Shown here piece by piece: positions 29,047 to 38,365 of a stretch of DNA of 64,000 bases. Position 1 is the stretch's first letter; every line of letters starts with the position of its first letter. Made by a program: the position numbers and the translations under genes. The notes below the pieces were generated by a model. The model did not search any database. It saw only the letters and a list, made by a program, of their open reading frames with translations, and was not told the DNA's origin. This stretch comes from Candidatus Omnitrophota bacterium (lineage in GTDB: Bacteria; Omnitrophota; Gorgyraeia; Zapsychrales; JANLHA01), in contig JAKQKX010000090.1 in the NCBI GenBank assembly GCA_029560465.1, forward strand, positions 8,189 to 72,188. Direction: 5' to 3'.

Positions 29047-30402
29047 TTATCTTATTTTGGTGACCAAATCCGATATTTTCTTCAGCAGCCCCACTTCGAC
29101 GATATCATTATATATCACAAACGCCATCAACACCATTAAGGCCGTAAACCCGGCTTTAGTCAGGTTCTCTTCCCATTTCAGGGGCAAAGGACGGCCGCGT
29201 ATTTTCTCAATCAAAAAAAGAAAAATATGCCCCCCGTCCAGGACCGGAACAGGGAAAAGATTAAAAAGCGCCAAACTCGCGCTAATAACCGCCATCACGT
29301 AAATCAGGCTGAGGAACCCCATGGCCGCGGCGTTGCTCACAACGGAAAAAATACGGATCGGCCCGCCGATCGCCCGTTTGGCCGAAAGCGACCCCGTCAC
29401 GACTTTCCCCAAAGTTTTCAAAGTCAAACTTATAATATTGGCTAATTCCGACCAGGCATTCCTGAGGGAATCAATAATCCCGAACCGGTACGTCTCAATC
29501 TGCTGGCTAGGGCCAACGCCAATCACCCTTAAAGTTTCCTCCTGGCCATCCTTATTTTTAAATACTTCAATCCGCGGGCTGACAGGAACCGTTACCCGCT
29601 CCCCATTCCTGACATATGTCAAAGGCAGCCTTTGTTCCGTCGAATTCCGGATATTATTTTGGATATCAGACCATCCGTGAATCACAGCTCCGTTAATATC
29701 AACAATAATGTCGCCCTCTTTCAACCCGGCCGCCTGCGCGGGCTCCCCTTCTCCGATCCAACCCACCTCATTACCGATATATTCAACCCCAAGGTCAAAA
29801 ATGGGCTCTTCCTCCCCGAATTCATTCTCCACCATGTTTCGTGGGGGTGTCATGGACAGTTGGATTAAAGCATCCCCGCGCTGAGCCGTAATCTGTAAAG
29901 GCACCGGAAGGCGCTCACGCAGAATTCTCTCGAGATGCCCTTGGCCGTACACTTTCCGGGAATTGACCGCCAAAATTTTGTCCCCCTTGACTAAACCCGC
30001 CCCCTGGGCCGCGCCACCTTCCTTAACGGCCATGATATGTGTCGATGCGCCTGGAAAGCCAAGGGAGAAAATAAGCGCTAGGCTGATAAACGCAAAGATA
30101 AAATTCACGACCGGCCCCATGAATACGATCAAAGCCCGGTGCCCCAACGGGTGGGAATAGAACTCCCCGGGATTACCCTTGCAATCATGCCGGTCATCGC
30201 CGGCCATTTTAACATATCCGCCCAAAGGAATCGCGCTGACCAAGAACTCCGTTCCCTTATGCTGGCGGGAAAAAAGCTTTGGGCCAAAGCCCACAGAAAA
30301 TTTTTCAACCACGACCCCCAAAGATTTGGCGGTAAAAAAATGGCCCCATTCATGCACGATGACCAGGACACTCAAGACCATCAAAAATATAAAAATATCC
30401 AT
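29047..30402 (-). CDS. rseP: RIP metalloprotease RseP (site-2 protease)
   Basis: HEWGH zinc motif in TM1, PDZ domains and C-terminal LDGG motif. Confidence 0.92.
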   Translation of the reverse strand: MDIFIFLMVLSVLVIVHEWGHFFTAKSLGVVVEKFSVGFGPKLFSRQHKGTEFLVSAIPLGGYVKMAGDDRHDCKGNPGEFYSHPLGHRALIVFMGPVVNFIFAFISLALIFSLGFPGASTHIMAVKEGGAAQGAGLVKGDKILAVNSRKVYGQGHLERILRERLPVPLQITAQRGDALIQLSMTPPRNMVENEFGEEEPIFDLGVEYIGNEVGWIGEGEPAQAAGLKEGDIIVDINGAVIHGWSDIQNNIRNSTEQRLPLTYVRNGERVTVPVSPRIEVFKNKDGQEETLRVIGVGPSQQIETYRFGIIDSLRNAWSELANIISLTLKTLGKVVTGSLSAKRAIGGPIRIFSVVSNAAAMGFLSLIYVMAVISASLALFNLFPVPVLDGGHIFLFLIEKIRGRPLPLKWEENLTKAGFTALMVLMAFVIYNDIVEVGLLKKISDLVTKIR

Positions 30403-30464
30403 TATGAATTCACCCCTGTCTTACGTTGTTCCCACGCGAAGCCCGCGCGCGAAGGACATCTCCG

Positions 30465-31649
30465 CTAAATAAACTGTTTGTAAAATTTAAAATCAGCAAT
30501 CCTCTTGCGGGCTTCCTGCCGGGCCCAGGCATCGGCCGCCAGGATGTCCGGGATTCCAGGATTTCTTATCATTATATGACTCCTAACGATCTTTTCCACT
30601 ATATTGTATATCCCGGAAAACGGGATGCGCTCGTTTAAAAATGCCTGCACCGCTTCTTCATCAGCCGCGTTCAGGACACTGGGCAACGTTCCTCCCCGAC
30701 CGGCCACCTCGATGGCCAACGCCAATGAGGGAAATTTTTTGATATTGGGTTTCGCAAACGTCAGGCGTTTCATTTCAAAAAAATCCAAAGGCTTCAGCCC
30801 CGTCTCTTTCCTCTCCGGATACGTGAGCGCGTATTGAATAGGCAACCGCATATCCGTAATGCCAAGCTGAGCGACAACAGACCCGTCCTGAAACGCCACC
30901 ATGGAATGGATAACCGCCTCCGGATGGATCACCACTTCAATCTCTTCAACGTTCAACCCGAACAAACGCTGGGCTTCAATCACTTCAAAGCCCTTATTCA
31001 TGAGCGTCGCGGAGTCCACGGTGATTTTCTTCCCCATCTTCCAGCGCGGATGGTTCAGGATATCGCCCACACGCAAGGCCGCAAACCGGCTGGACGGGAC
31101 ACGCCTTAACGCCCCTCCAGAGGCGGTTAAGAAAACCTTGTGTAAATCCTTCCGCCGCCCTCCGGCCAAACATTGGAACACCGCGCTTTGTTCGGAATCA
31201 ACCGGGATAACCTCAGCCCCGTGTTCAGCCGCCTCCTTCATAATCATGTCCCCGGCGATCACAAGCGCTTCTTTATTCGCAGGCGCGATCCGTTTACCGG
31301 CCCTCGCCGCACTTAAAAACGGCTCCAGGGCCGCGCTACCGCTCATGCCGATCACCACGATATCAACCTCTGGCCGGGAAACAAGCCAGGACAATTCGCT
31401 TTCAGCGTCGAGAATCTTTAAAGACGTCTCACTCAAAGCTTTTTTTAAAAGAGCCCTCTTCTGCTGGCCAATCCCGACATATTTCGGACGGTACTGCCTG
31501 GCCTGAGCGGCCAAAAGTTCATGATTGTTCAACGCGCTCAGCCCAACAACTTTAAAACAATCCGGGTAACGGTCAACGACCTTTAACGTATTAATGCCTA
31601 TGGATCCCGTGGATCCCAGGATTACGACTCCTCTAATATCTTGGGGCAT
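30465..31649 (-). CDS. dxr: 1-deoxy-D-xylulose 5-phosphate reductoisomerase
   Basis: VVILGSTGSIGINTL NADPH-binding N-terminus and Dxr core. Start at MPQDIRG. Confidence 0.92.
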   Translation of the reverse strand: MPQDIRGVVILGSTGSIGINTLKVVDRYPDCFKVVGLSALNNHELLAAQARQYRPKYVGIGQQKRALLKKALSETSLKILDAESELSWLVSRPEVDIVVIGMSGSAALEPFLSAARAGKRIAPANKEALVIAGDMIMKEAAEHGAEVIPVDSEQSAVFQCLAGGRRKDLHKVFLTASGGALRRVPSSRFAALRVGDILNHPRWKMGKKITVDSATLMNKGFEVIEAQRLFGLNVEEIEVVIHPEAVIHSMVAFQDGSVVAQLGITDMRLPIQYALTYPERKETGLKPLDFFEMKRLTFAKPNIKKFPSLALAIEVAGRGGTLPSVLNAADEEAVQAFLNERIPFSGIYNIVEKIVRSHIMIRNPGIPDILAADAWARQEARKRIADFKFYKQFI

Positions 31650-31717
31650 ATTTTTTCGGGAATTCCTCAGAATCAACCATGGAATTCTGCCTATGCGTTA
31701 ACAGGGCAAGGCCACTT

Positions 31718-32533
31718 TCAATTCAGGGCCGCACTCATAAATAAATAAAAAGCCGGGACCGAAAAAAGCAGGCTGTCAATCATATCCAGAACCCCTCCCA
31801 TTCCAGGCAGGAGTTTCCCGGAATCCTTCACGTTGCAGTCCCGCTTCATGAGAGATTCAGACAGGTCCCCGAGCTGGCCGATTCCGCCGAAGAAAGCCCC
31901 CATCAGCACGATCTTCCAAAAAGAAAATTGAACTGCGGCGGGCAACAAAGGCCGGCTGACAAGCGCGGTGATAATGCTAAAAGCAAAACTCCCCAGACAC
32001 CCCTCAACAGATTTCTTAGGGCTCACCCGGGGCAAAAGGGGGTGCTTGCCATATCGGCTCCCTACCAATAACGCCCCGATATCCCCCATCTTGGTTACCA
32101 GCAAAATAAAAATAAGCAGCTGAACCCCCTCAATACCCGGCACCAAAAACCTCACTTTGATGATAAAACTGAACAGCCATGACACATAAAAAATTCCGAA
32201 CATCGTCGTGGATATGCCCACCACCGCGTTGGTGTTGTCCTTCCGGGCAAACTGCAAAATCAGGATCGCAAGAAACGCCGAAACGATGAAAAGCAACTCC
32301 AAATTCCTGGTCAATTCCATTCTCCAGTAAATGGATATGGGAATCAACAGGCCGATGATAATTCCGAAATAACTATAAATAGGAATCCCCTTTTTCTTGA
32401 TCATATAAAAAAACTCATACAGCCCCCCGATCGTAAGCAGCATGACCATCAGCAAAAAAGAAGCGTCATACATAATAACCGCGCTGATCAGGGCGATCAT
32501 GAGAACCGAACTGTAAAAACGACTCAAGGACAT
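31718..32533 (-). CDS. cdsA: phosphatidate cytidylyltransferase
   Basis: Polytopic membrane protein with the CTP-transferase 1 C-terminal signature (SxxKRxxxxKDxGxxxPGHGGxxDRxD-like: SVEGCLGS...LPGMGGVLDMIDSLLF). Confidence 0.88.
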   Translation of the reverse strand: MSLSRFYSSVLMIALISAVIMYDASFLLMVMLLTIGGLYEFFYMIKKKGIPIYSYFGIIIGLLIPISIYWRMELTRNLELLFIVSAFLAILILQFARKDNTNAVVGISTTMFGIFYVSWLFSFIIKVRFLVPGIEGVQLLIFILLVTKMGDIGALLVGSRYGKHPLLPRVSPKKSVEGCLGSFAFSIITALVSRPLLPAAVQFSFWKIVLMGAFFGGIGQLGDLSESLMKRDCNVKDSGKLLPGMGGVLDMIDSLLFSVPAFYLFMSAALN

Positions 32534-32556
32534 AAGCTGACTTAAAAAATATCCTG

Positions 32557-33297
32557 TTATTTTTTAGCGGTCAGACTTCCAAAGCGGCGCTCCCGCTTCT
32601 GGAATTCCCGCAACGCTTTCTCAAGCTCTTTTTTCGTAAAATCCGGCCAGAAGACATTCGTAAAATACAATTCCGAATAGGATAATTGCCACAAAAGAAA
32701 ATTACTGATCCTCTGTTCTCCGGACGTTCGGATGAGCAAATCCGGATCCGGCAAATCAAACGTGTACAAAGTCCTGCTGATCCGGCTTTCATCCAGGTCC
32801 GCCACGGCAAGGCGGCCTTTCTGGACTTCCGTCACAAGATGCTTTAACGCATCCACGATCTCCTGCCTCGCCCCGTAATTAAACGCCAAATTGAGGATAA
32901 GGCCGGAGTTCCGTTTGGTCTTTTCTATCGCCCGGTCAACCGTTTTCAGGACCGCCGACGGGATCCCCTCGCGTTTCCCCATGAAGCGCAGGCGGATATT
33001 CCCCTCCACCAGGCCGTTTAAACGCTTGGTTAAAACCGTGCTCAGCATGTTAATGAGCATGCTCACTTCTTTTTTCGGGCGATGCCAATTCTCCGTTGAA
33101 AACGCAAAAATGGTCAACACCTCAATGCCTAAATCATTCGCAGCCGACGAAATCTCTTCAATGCGCTTAACCCCTTCCAGGTGCCCGCGGAAACGGGGAA
33201 GATTTTTGCTTTTGGCCCAACGTCCGTTGCCATCCATAATAATTGCGATATGACGCGGCAGATTATCTTTATCGAAAAAGCTGGTCACTCCACGCAC
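32557..33297 (-). CDS. uppS: undecaprenyl diphosphate synthase (di-trans,poly-cis isoprenyl transferase)
   Basis: HIAIIMDGNGRWA and FSTENWxRP motifs. Confidence 0.92.
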   Translation of the reverse strand: MRGVTSFFDKDNLPRHIAIIMDGNGRWAKSKNLPRFRGHLEGVKRIEEISSAANDLGIEVLTIFAFSTENWHRPKKEVSMLINMLSTVLTKRLNGLVEGNIRLRFMGKREGIPSAVLKTVDRAIEKTKRNSGLILNLAFNYGARQEIVDALKHLVTEVQKGRLAVADLDESRISRTLYTFDLPDPDLLIRTSGEQRISNFLLWQLSYSELYFTNVFWPDFTKKELEKALREFQKRERRFGSLTAKK

Positions 33298-33388
33298 CCA
33301 TGTGCTTACTATTTTAAACTTAAAAAAATGGGGGATATCTCATCCCCCATTGAGCGCTACTCTAGCAGGATCAAATTCTAATCACATT

Positions 33389-33787
33389 TTACTGGTTTCC
33401 CAAAGGGGCCGACATCTGATCTTTGGCTTTTTCCAACTGGCCCAAAGTTTGCTGAAGCTGCTGGACCTGCCCCATCAATTTGGACTTTTCCTCAGCTTCC
33501 TTCTGAAGCTGGACCTGCAAGTCGGATGTCGTTGACCGCCCTTGATTAATAATGTCTTCAATATTCTTGATCTTTTTACGGGAATCGTCCAACTCAGCGA
33601 CCAGCTGTTTTATGCTCTTTTGAGCGGCCTGCAATTTCTGCTCAGCGGAAAGGCGGTTGAATCTCTCCTGTTCCAGGACCTGATCAATCCGGCTCATATT
33701 GACGCTGGCATTCACGGCAAGGACACAGCCGATGATCGCAATCGCAACAGCAACCGGCACAGTAATATTTTTCACGTTCTCCTCCAT
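33389..33787 (-). CDS. membrane-anchored coiled-coil protein of unknown function
   Basis: 132 aa with an N-terminal TM helix (VPVAVAIAIIGCVLAV) followed by a Q/E/K-rich heptad-like coiled coil. Confidence 0.55.
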   Translation of the reverse strand: MEENVKNITVPVAVAIAIIGCVLAVNASVNMSRIDQVLEQERFNRLSAEQKLQAAQKSIKQLVAELDDSRKKIKNIEDIINQGRSTTSDLQVQLQKEAEEKSKLMGQVQQLQQTLGQLEKAKDQMSAPLGNQ

Positions 33788-33812
33788 CGTTTAAAATGAA
33801 TTATCCTGGAAC

Positions 33813-34469
33813 CTACTTCAGGTTTTCCTTCCCTTGGCCGGCTGCTTGCTTGGTTGTTTTGGGCAAAATCACAATCTCAACCCTTCGGTTTTTTTGCCGC
33901 CCTTCCGAAGAATCATTGCTGGCCACCGGCTGATATTCACCGTACCCTGTCGCCGATAACCTAACCGGTGCTATCCCAAGGTCATCAACCATATAATGAA
34001 GAACACTCATGGCCCGGGCCGATGAAAGCTCCCAGTTGGATTTCCATCCCGAATATTTAATAGGCACATTATCGGTATGCCCTTCCACACCTATATTCAA
34101 ATCCGCGACCGTCGTCTTAAGAACCGAGGCCACGCGCTCCAGTTTGTTGAGCGCTTCCGACCTTAATTTGGCCTTGCCGGAATCAAACAACACTTCCGCT
34201 ACAAACGTAATCACAAGACCGCGATCCAGCATTTCAACCTTGACTTCCCGGTCATCGATCTCGTTTCTTAACCTGTCTTCTAGTTCCAACTTGGCCCGTT
34301 CAAGCTCGGAAAGCTCGTTCTGTAATTTCGAATACTCATTCTGAAGATAAACGATCTTTTGGTTATCCTTTCGCTGTCCTTTCTGAAAAACGACAGTACA
34401 TCCTGATAAACTGACAACAAAACCACTTAATACCAGGAAAGTTATAAAAGTCGCAAATTTATGGCGCAT
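33813..34469 (-). CDS. OmpA/MotB-family peptidoglycan-binding lipoprotein with internal coiled coil (Pal-like)
   Basis: Signal peptide with lipobox LSGC, a coiled-coil segment, then an OmpA-like domain (GHTDNVP...SWELSSARAMSV...NRRVEIVI). Strong RBS aggagg before the ATG. Confidence 0.78.
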   Translation of the reverse strand: MRHKFATFITFLVLSGFVVSLSGCTVVFQKGQRKDNQKIVYLQNEYSKLQNELSELERAKLELEDRLRNEIDDREVKVEMLDRGLVITFVAEVLFDSGKAKLRSEALNKLERVASVLKTTVADLNIGVEGHTDNVPIKYSGWKSNWELSSARAMSVLHYMVDDLGIAPVRLSATGYGEYQPVASNDSSEGRQKNRRVEIVILPKTTKQAAGQGKENLK

Positions 34470-34492
34470 GCCTTCCTCCTTTTTTGATTTTC

Positions 34493-34521
34493 AAATTAAC
34501 ACAGGCCTTTTTTAAAGTCAA
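34493..34521 (-). promoter_or_regulatory. candidate sigma70 promoter for the Pal-like / coiled-coil gene pair
   Basis: On the minus strand, TTGACT (34521-34516), 17 nt, then TAATTT (34498-34493), in the AT-rich 119-nt gap after purA. Confidence 0.35.
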
Positions 34522-34588
34522 GCATATTCTCATAAACATTAGTCATTTTATAACTTACTATTTATTACAAAGCCGCTCCGCCTGTCAA

Positions 34589-35869
34589 TCAAGCTTCAGG
34601 CAGAACAATAGTCTCATCCCGCTTCGACCCGGTTGAGATGTACCCTATCCTCACTTTCAGGAGGTCTTCCAGTCGGCGCACGTACATTTTCGCTTTGAGC
34701 GGCAGGTCATGAAAGGTTTTGACCCCCTTGGAGGGGGCATCCCACCCGTCCATCTCTTCGTAAACCGGTTTCGCGCGGCGCAGGACATCAAAATCCGATG
34801 GAAAATCTTTAACAACCCGGCCACGGTATTTATAAGAAGTGCAAATTTTTATTTTTTTCATGCCGTCTAAAACATCCAGCTTCATAATGGCCAGCTCGCT
34901 CACCCCATTGATCATCAGGGCGTAACGGACCAAAACGCTGTCAAACCAACCGCACCGCCGGGCCCGTCCGGTCGTTGCGCCGAACTCTTTACCCTTCAGA
35001 CGGAACGTGTCCATAAACTTGGCCGGAAATTCCGTCGGGAACGGGCCTTCTCCCACCCGGGTCGTATACGCTTTCACAACCGCGATCGCCTTGTCGATTT
35101 TCGTTGGCGCGACCCCGCTTCCGGGACAAACCCCTCCGACAGTGGAATTGGAGGAGGTGACAAAAGGGTAGGTTCCAAAATCAATATCCAGAAACGTCCC
35201 CTGGGCCCCTTCAAACAGGACCGTTTTCTTCTGGTCAATCATATCGTTAAGATAAAGGGCCGTGTCACAAACATAAGGTTTAAGAATCTTTCCGAAACGC
35301 AAATATTCATGGTAAATATCCTCAAACGAATATTCCGGATGACGGAACACTTTTTTAAATATTTCATTTTTTTCCCGTAAATTATCCTCAAGTTTGGATT
35401 GAAAAACCCTGGCGTTCATCAAATCAATCATGCGGATCCCGCACCGATTTATTTTATCCGCGTAGCAGGGCCCGATACCCCGCCCGGTCGTGCCGATTTT
35501 GTTATACCGCTTGGATTCCCGCAATCCGTCCAAAATCCGGTGATACGGCATAACAACATGCGCGTTTCCGGATATTTTCAACTGGTTCGTTTTAACCGAA
35601 ATCCTTCTTTTCTTTAAATCACGGATTTCCTGAATCAAAGCGCGGGGGTCGATCACCACCCCGTTTCCTATCACGCAAACTTTCTGCTGGTGCAAGATCG
35701 CTGACGGCAAAAGGTGAAAAATATATTCCTCCTCATTAACGACGACCGTATGCCCGGCGTTGTTCCCGCCCTGGTACCGGACCGTGATATCAACTTTATC
35801 TGAGAGAAAATCAATTAGTTTCCCTTTACCTTCATCCCCCCATTGAACTCCGACAACCACAAAATTCAT
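34589..35869 (-). CDS. purA: adenylosuccinate synthetase
   Basis: QWGDEGKGK P-loop, GNNAGHT and GTTGRGIGP motifs. Confidence 0.93.
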   Translation of the reverse strand: MNFVVVGVQWGDEGKGKLIDFLSDKVDITVRYQGGNNAGHTVVVNEEEYIFHLLPSAILHQQKVCVIGNGVVIDPRALIQEIRDLKKRRISVKTNQLKISGNAHVVMPYHRILDGLRESKRYNKIGTTGRGIGPCYADKINRCGIRMIDLMNARVFQSKLEDNLREKNEIFKKVFRHPEYSFEDIYHEYLRFGKILKPYVCDTALYLNDMIDQKKTVLFEGAQGTFLDIDFGTYPFVTSSNSTVGGVCPGSGVAPTKIDKAIAVVKAYTTRVGEGPFPTEFPAKFMDTFRLKGKEFGATTGRARRCGWFDSVLVRYALMINGVSELAIMKLDVLDGMKKIKICTSYKYRGRVVKDFPSDFDVLRRAKPVYEEMDGWDAPSKGVKTFHDLPLKAKMYVRRLEDLLKVRIGYISTGSKRDETIVLPEA

Positions 35870-35883
35870 TACCCACTCCCCTA

Positions 35884-36651
35884 TTAATTTAAATAATAAG
35901 AAAAGAAAGAAATCCCATACCCCAAAAATACGGCGGCGCCTATGACCTGCACCAAGGAATACCGGGCACGAAGAACGTCAACCAGCTGCTTTCTTCCAAA
36001 AGCGAGCCATGTCAACAAAAACACGAAAACCAAGGGCAAAACATAAAAAAAGGCGTAACACCCCACCATGATAAACATTTTACCGAAATTTTGAGACGCC
36101 CCCATAGACAAAAAGATCGCAACAAAATAACCATCCTCAGGCCATGCGGTTGCCAACATCGCCGCCAAACATCCCAGCCAGAAAGACAACACCCCGAGTT
36201 CAATAACGGTAAAAAACCACCGCCATTTTTTCTTTCTTTTAAAAAAAGGGACCGAAGGAGGCCAATCAGCCGGCCCGAGCAGCCATTCTTCAGACAATAT
36301 GGCCTTCCTCGGCGAGTCTTTCCTGCTTGATAACCGCCAATCCCTCCAAAAGAGACCGCCTGCCGTCAAACACGTTAAAGCGAAAATAAAATACCAGACT
36401 TCCAGCAGAACTTCAAACCAGTGGGAAAGAAGCCACTTGTCCAGGAATCCCGTCACGACAACACCCCTGGCCACCAAGAGCCCCAGGACAAACAGGCTGC
36501 CGCACGGGACCATCTTCCCAAACTTCCTCTGAGCCAAAACCATGACGACAACGAGCAACAACCAAGAAGCCATGGATCCGGGGTTCACAGAGTCCAATAT
36601 CCCCCCTTTGATGGCCGGCCGCAGCAAGATGTCTAAAATGTTTTGTTCCAT
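35884..36651 (-). CDS. polytopic integral membrane protein, function unknown
   Basis: 255 aa with about 6 predicted TM helices and W/F-rich loops. I see no recognisable catalytic motif. Confidence 0.5.
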   Translation of the reverse strand: MEQNILDILLRPAIKGGILDSVNPGSMASWLLLVVVMVLAQRKFGKMVPCGSLFVLGLLVARGVVVTGFLDKWLLSHWFEVLLEVWYFIFALTCLTAGGLFWRDWRLSSRKDSPRKAILSEEWLLGPADWPPSVPFFKRKKKWRWFFTVIELGVLSFWLGCLAAMLATAWPEDGYFVAIFLSMGASQNFGKMFIMVGCYAFFYVLPLVFVFLLTWLAFGRKQLVDVLRARYSLVQVIGAAVFLGYGISFFSYYLN

Positions 36652-36708
36652 GATGCCCGGACTTCCTCTTGGGGTTAAACCGCTGTCCTGTCAAAACAGA
36701 AAGAAACG

Positions 36709-38292
36709 TCAGACTTTCAACCGCTTCACAAAAAGGACATCCTTCGTCGACTTGATTCTTTCGATAACATCATCCGCCACCGAGCTATCGACGTTCACAA
36801 CGCTGATCGCCATGCCCCCCACCGACTCCCGCCCAAAGGTAATGCTGGCGATATTGATCTTGGCGTCCCCCAAGATGGTGCCTACGGCCCCGACAATCCC
36901 GGGCTTGTCATTATTATTAATAAAAATCATATGCCCCGACGGAATCGCTTCCACGTAAACATCATTCACCTTGACAATACGGGGCTGATTGTTGCCCGCC
37001 AAGGTGCCCCACACAAGGAACGTTTCCTTGTCCGTTACGACCTCGGCCTTGATCAAGTTCACGAATTCCTCTTCTTTGGATGAATGGATTTCCTGAACGT
37101 GAATCCCCCGATCCCCGGCCACCCCCAAGGCATTGATCATATTCACGGTATCACCTAAAATCGGCTGCAACAGGCCATTCACCAGCGCCATGGTCAGCGG
37201 ATCGGTCTTGTATTTCGTCATGGCCCCGGCGTATGTGATTTTAATATCACTGATACGGCCGTTCACAAGCTGTCCGGCGAATTTCCCCATCCGTCCAGCC
37301 AAGTCCAGGTACGGGACCAGAATCTTGAACGCCTCGCTGCTCACCGATGGGAAGTTGGCCGCATTAACGATCCCTTTCCCCAAAAGCGCATCCCGGACGG
37401 TGTGCGCGATTTCGATCGCCACGTTGATCTGGGCTTCGGAAGTCGACGCCCCCAGGTGCGGGGTAACGATACAGTTGTCATATTTCAACAACGGGAACCC
37501 CTCGGGTGGCGGCTCCTGTTCATAAACATCCAAGGCGCAGCCCGCGACCCTTCCCTCTTCCAGCGCTTTCGCCAAAGCCTTTTCGTCAATAATCCCGCCC
37601 CGGGCACAGTTAATCAGGCGGACAGACTTTTTCATTTTAGCAAATTCTTTCTCGGAAATCATGTTCTTTGTTTCCGTACTCTTAGGAACATGTATCGTGA
37701 TGTAATCCGCAGTCCGGATCAGTTCTTCCAGATCCATCACCGCCACGCCGATATTGTTCGCGACTTCCATGGACAAAAACGGGTCATACCCCACGACCTT
37801 CATCCCGAACCCCTTCGCCATGGTCGCGACCGTTGATCCGATCCGGCCCAGGCCAATGATACCCAGGACTTTCCCGTAAAGTTCCACACCGCTGAACTTA
37901 GACCGCTCCCATTTCCCCGCCTTCAAAGACGCACAGGCCTGGGGGATATTCCGGGACAGGGCCAAGATGAGGCTCATCGTGTGCTCCGCTGTCGATGTCG
38001 TATTCCCCGCCGGAGTGTTCATCGCCACGACCCCCTTTTGGGTGGCCGCCTTCAGGTCCACATTATCCAATCCCACCCCGGCACGGCCGATCACCTTCAA
38101 ATTATCCGCCGCTTCCAGGATATCCGCGGTGACCGTGGTGCCGCTGCGGATAATCAGGGCATGATAATCTTTGATAATACTTTTAAGCTCATCAGGTTTA
38201 ATCCCGAATTTGCAGTCCACCTCAAATTCTTTAACCGCCTTAAGAATTTCAACGCCCTCATTAGCAAGTTTGTCACTGATCAATATTTTCAT
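36709..38292 (-). CDS. serA: D-3-phosphoglycerate dehydrogenase (long form with ASB and ACT domains)
   Basis: 2-hydroxyacid dehydrogenase NAD motif (GIIGLGRIGSTVA), catalytic R/E/H, and C-terminal ACT domain. Confidence 0.92.
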   Translation of the reverse strand: MKILISDKLANEGVEILKAVKEFEVDCKFGIKPDELKSIIKDYHALIIRSGTTVTADILEAADNLKVIGRAGVGLDNVDLKAATQKGVVAMNTPAGNTTSTAEHTMSLILALSRNIPQACASLKAGKWERSKFSGVELYGKVLGIIGLGRIGSTVATMAKGFGMKVVGYDPFLSMEVANNIGVAVMDLEELIRTADYITIHVPKSTETKNMISEKEFAKMKKSVRLINCARGGIIDEKALAKALEEGRVAGCALDVYEQEPPPEGFPLLKYDNCIVTPHLGASTSEAQINVAIEIAHTVRDALLGKGIVNAANFPSVSSEAFKILVPYLDLAGRMGKFAGQLVNGRISDIKITYAGAMTKYKTDPLTMALVNGLLQPILGDTVNMINALGVAGDRGIHVQEIHSSKEEEFVNLIKAEVVTDKETFLVWGTLAGNNQPRIVKVNDVYVEAIPSGHMIFINNNDKPGIVGAVGTILGDAKINIASITFGRESVGGMAISVVNVDSSVADDVIERIKSTKDVLFVKRLKV

Positions 38293-38365
38293 GGGCCTCT
38301 CCTTTTCTTCTCAACGATCCTCACCGGCATCCTAACGACCGCCGGACAGAAACAGACTCAACGCT

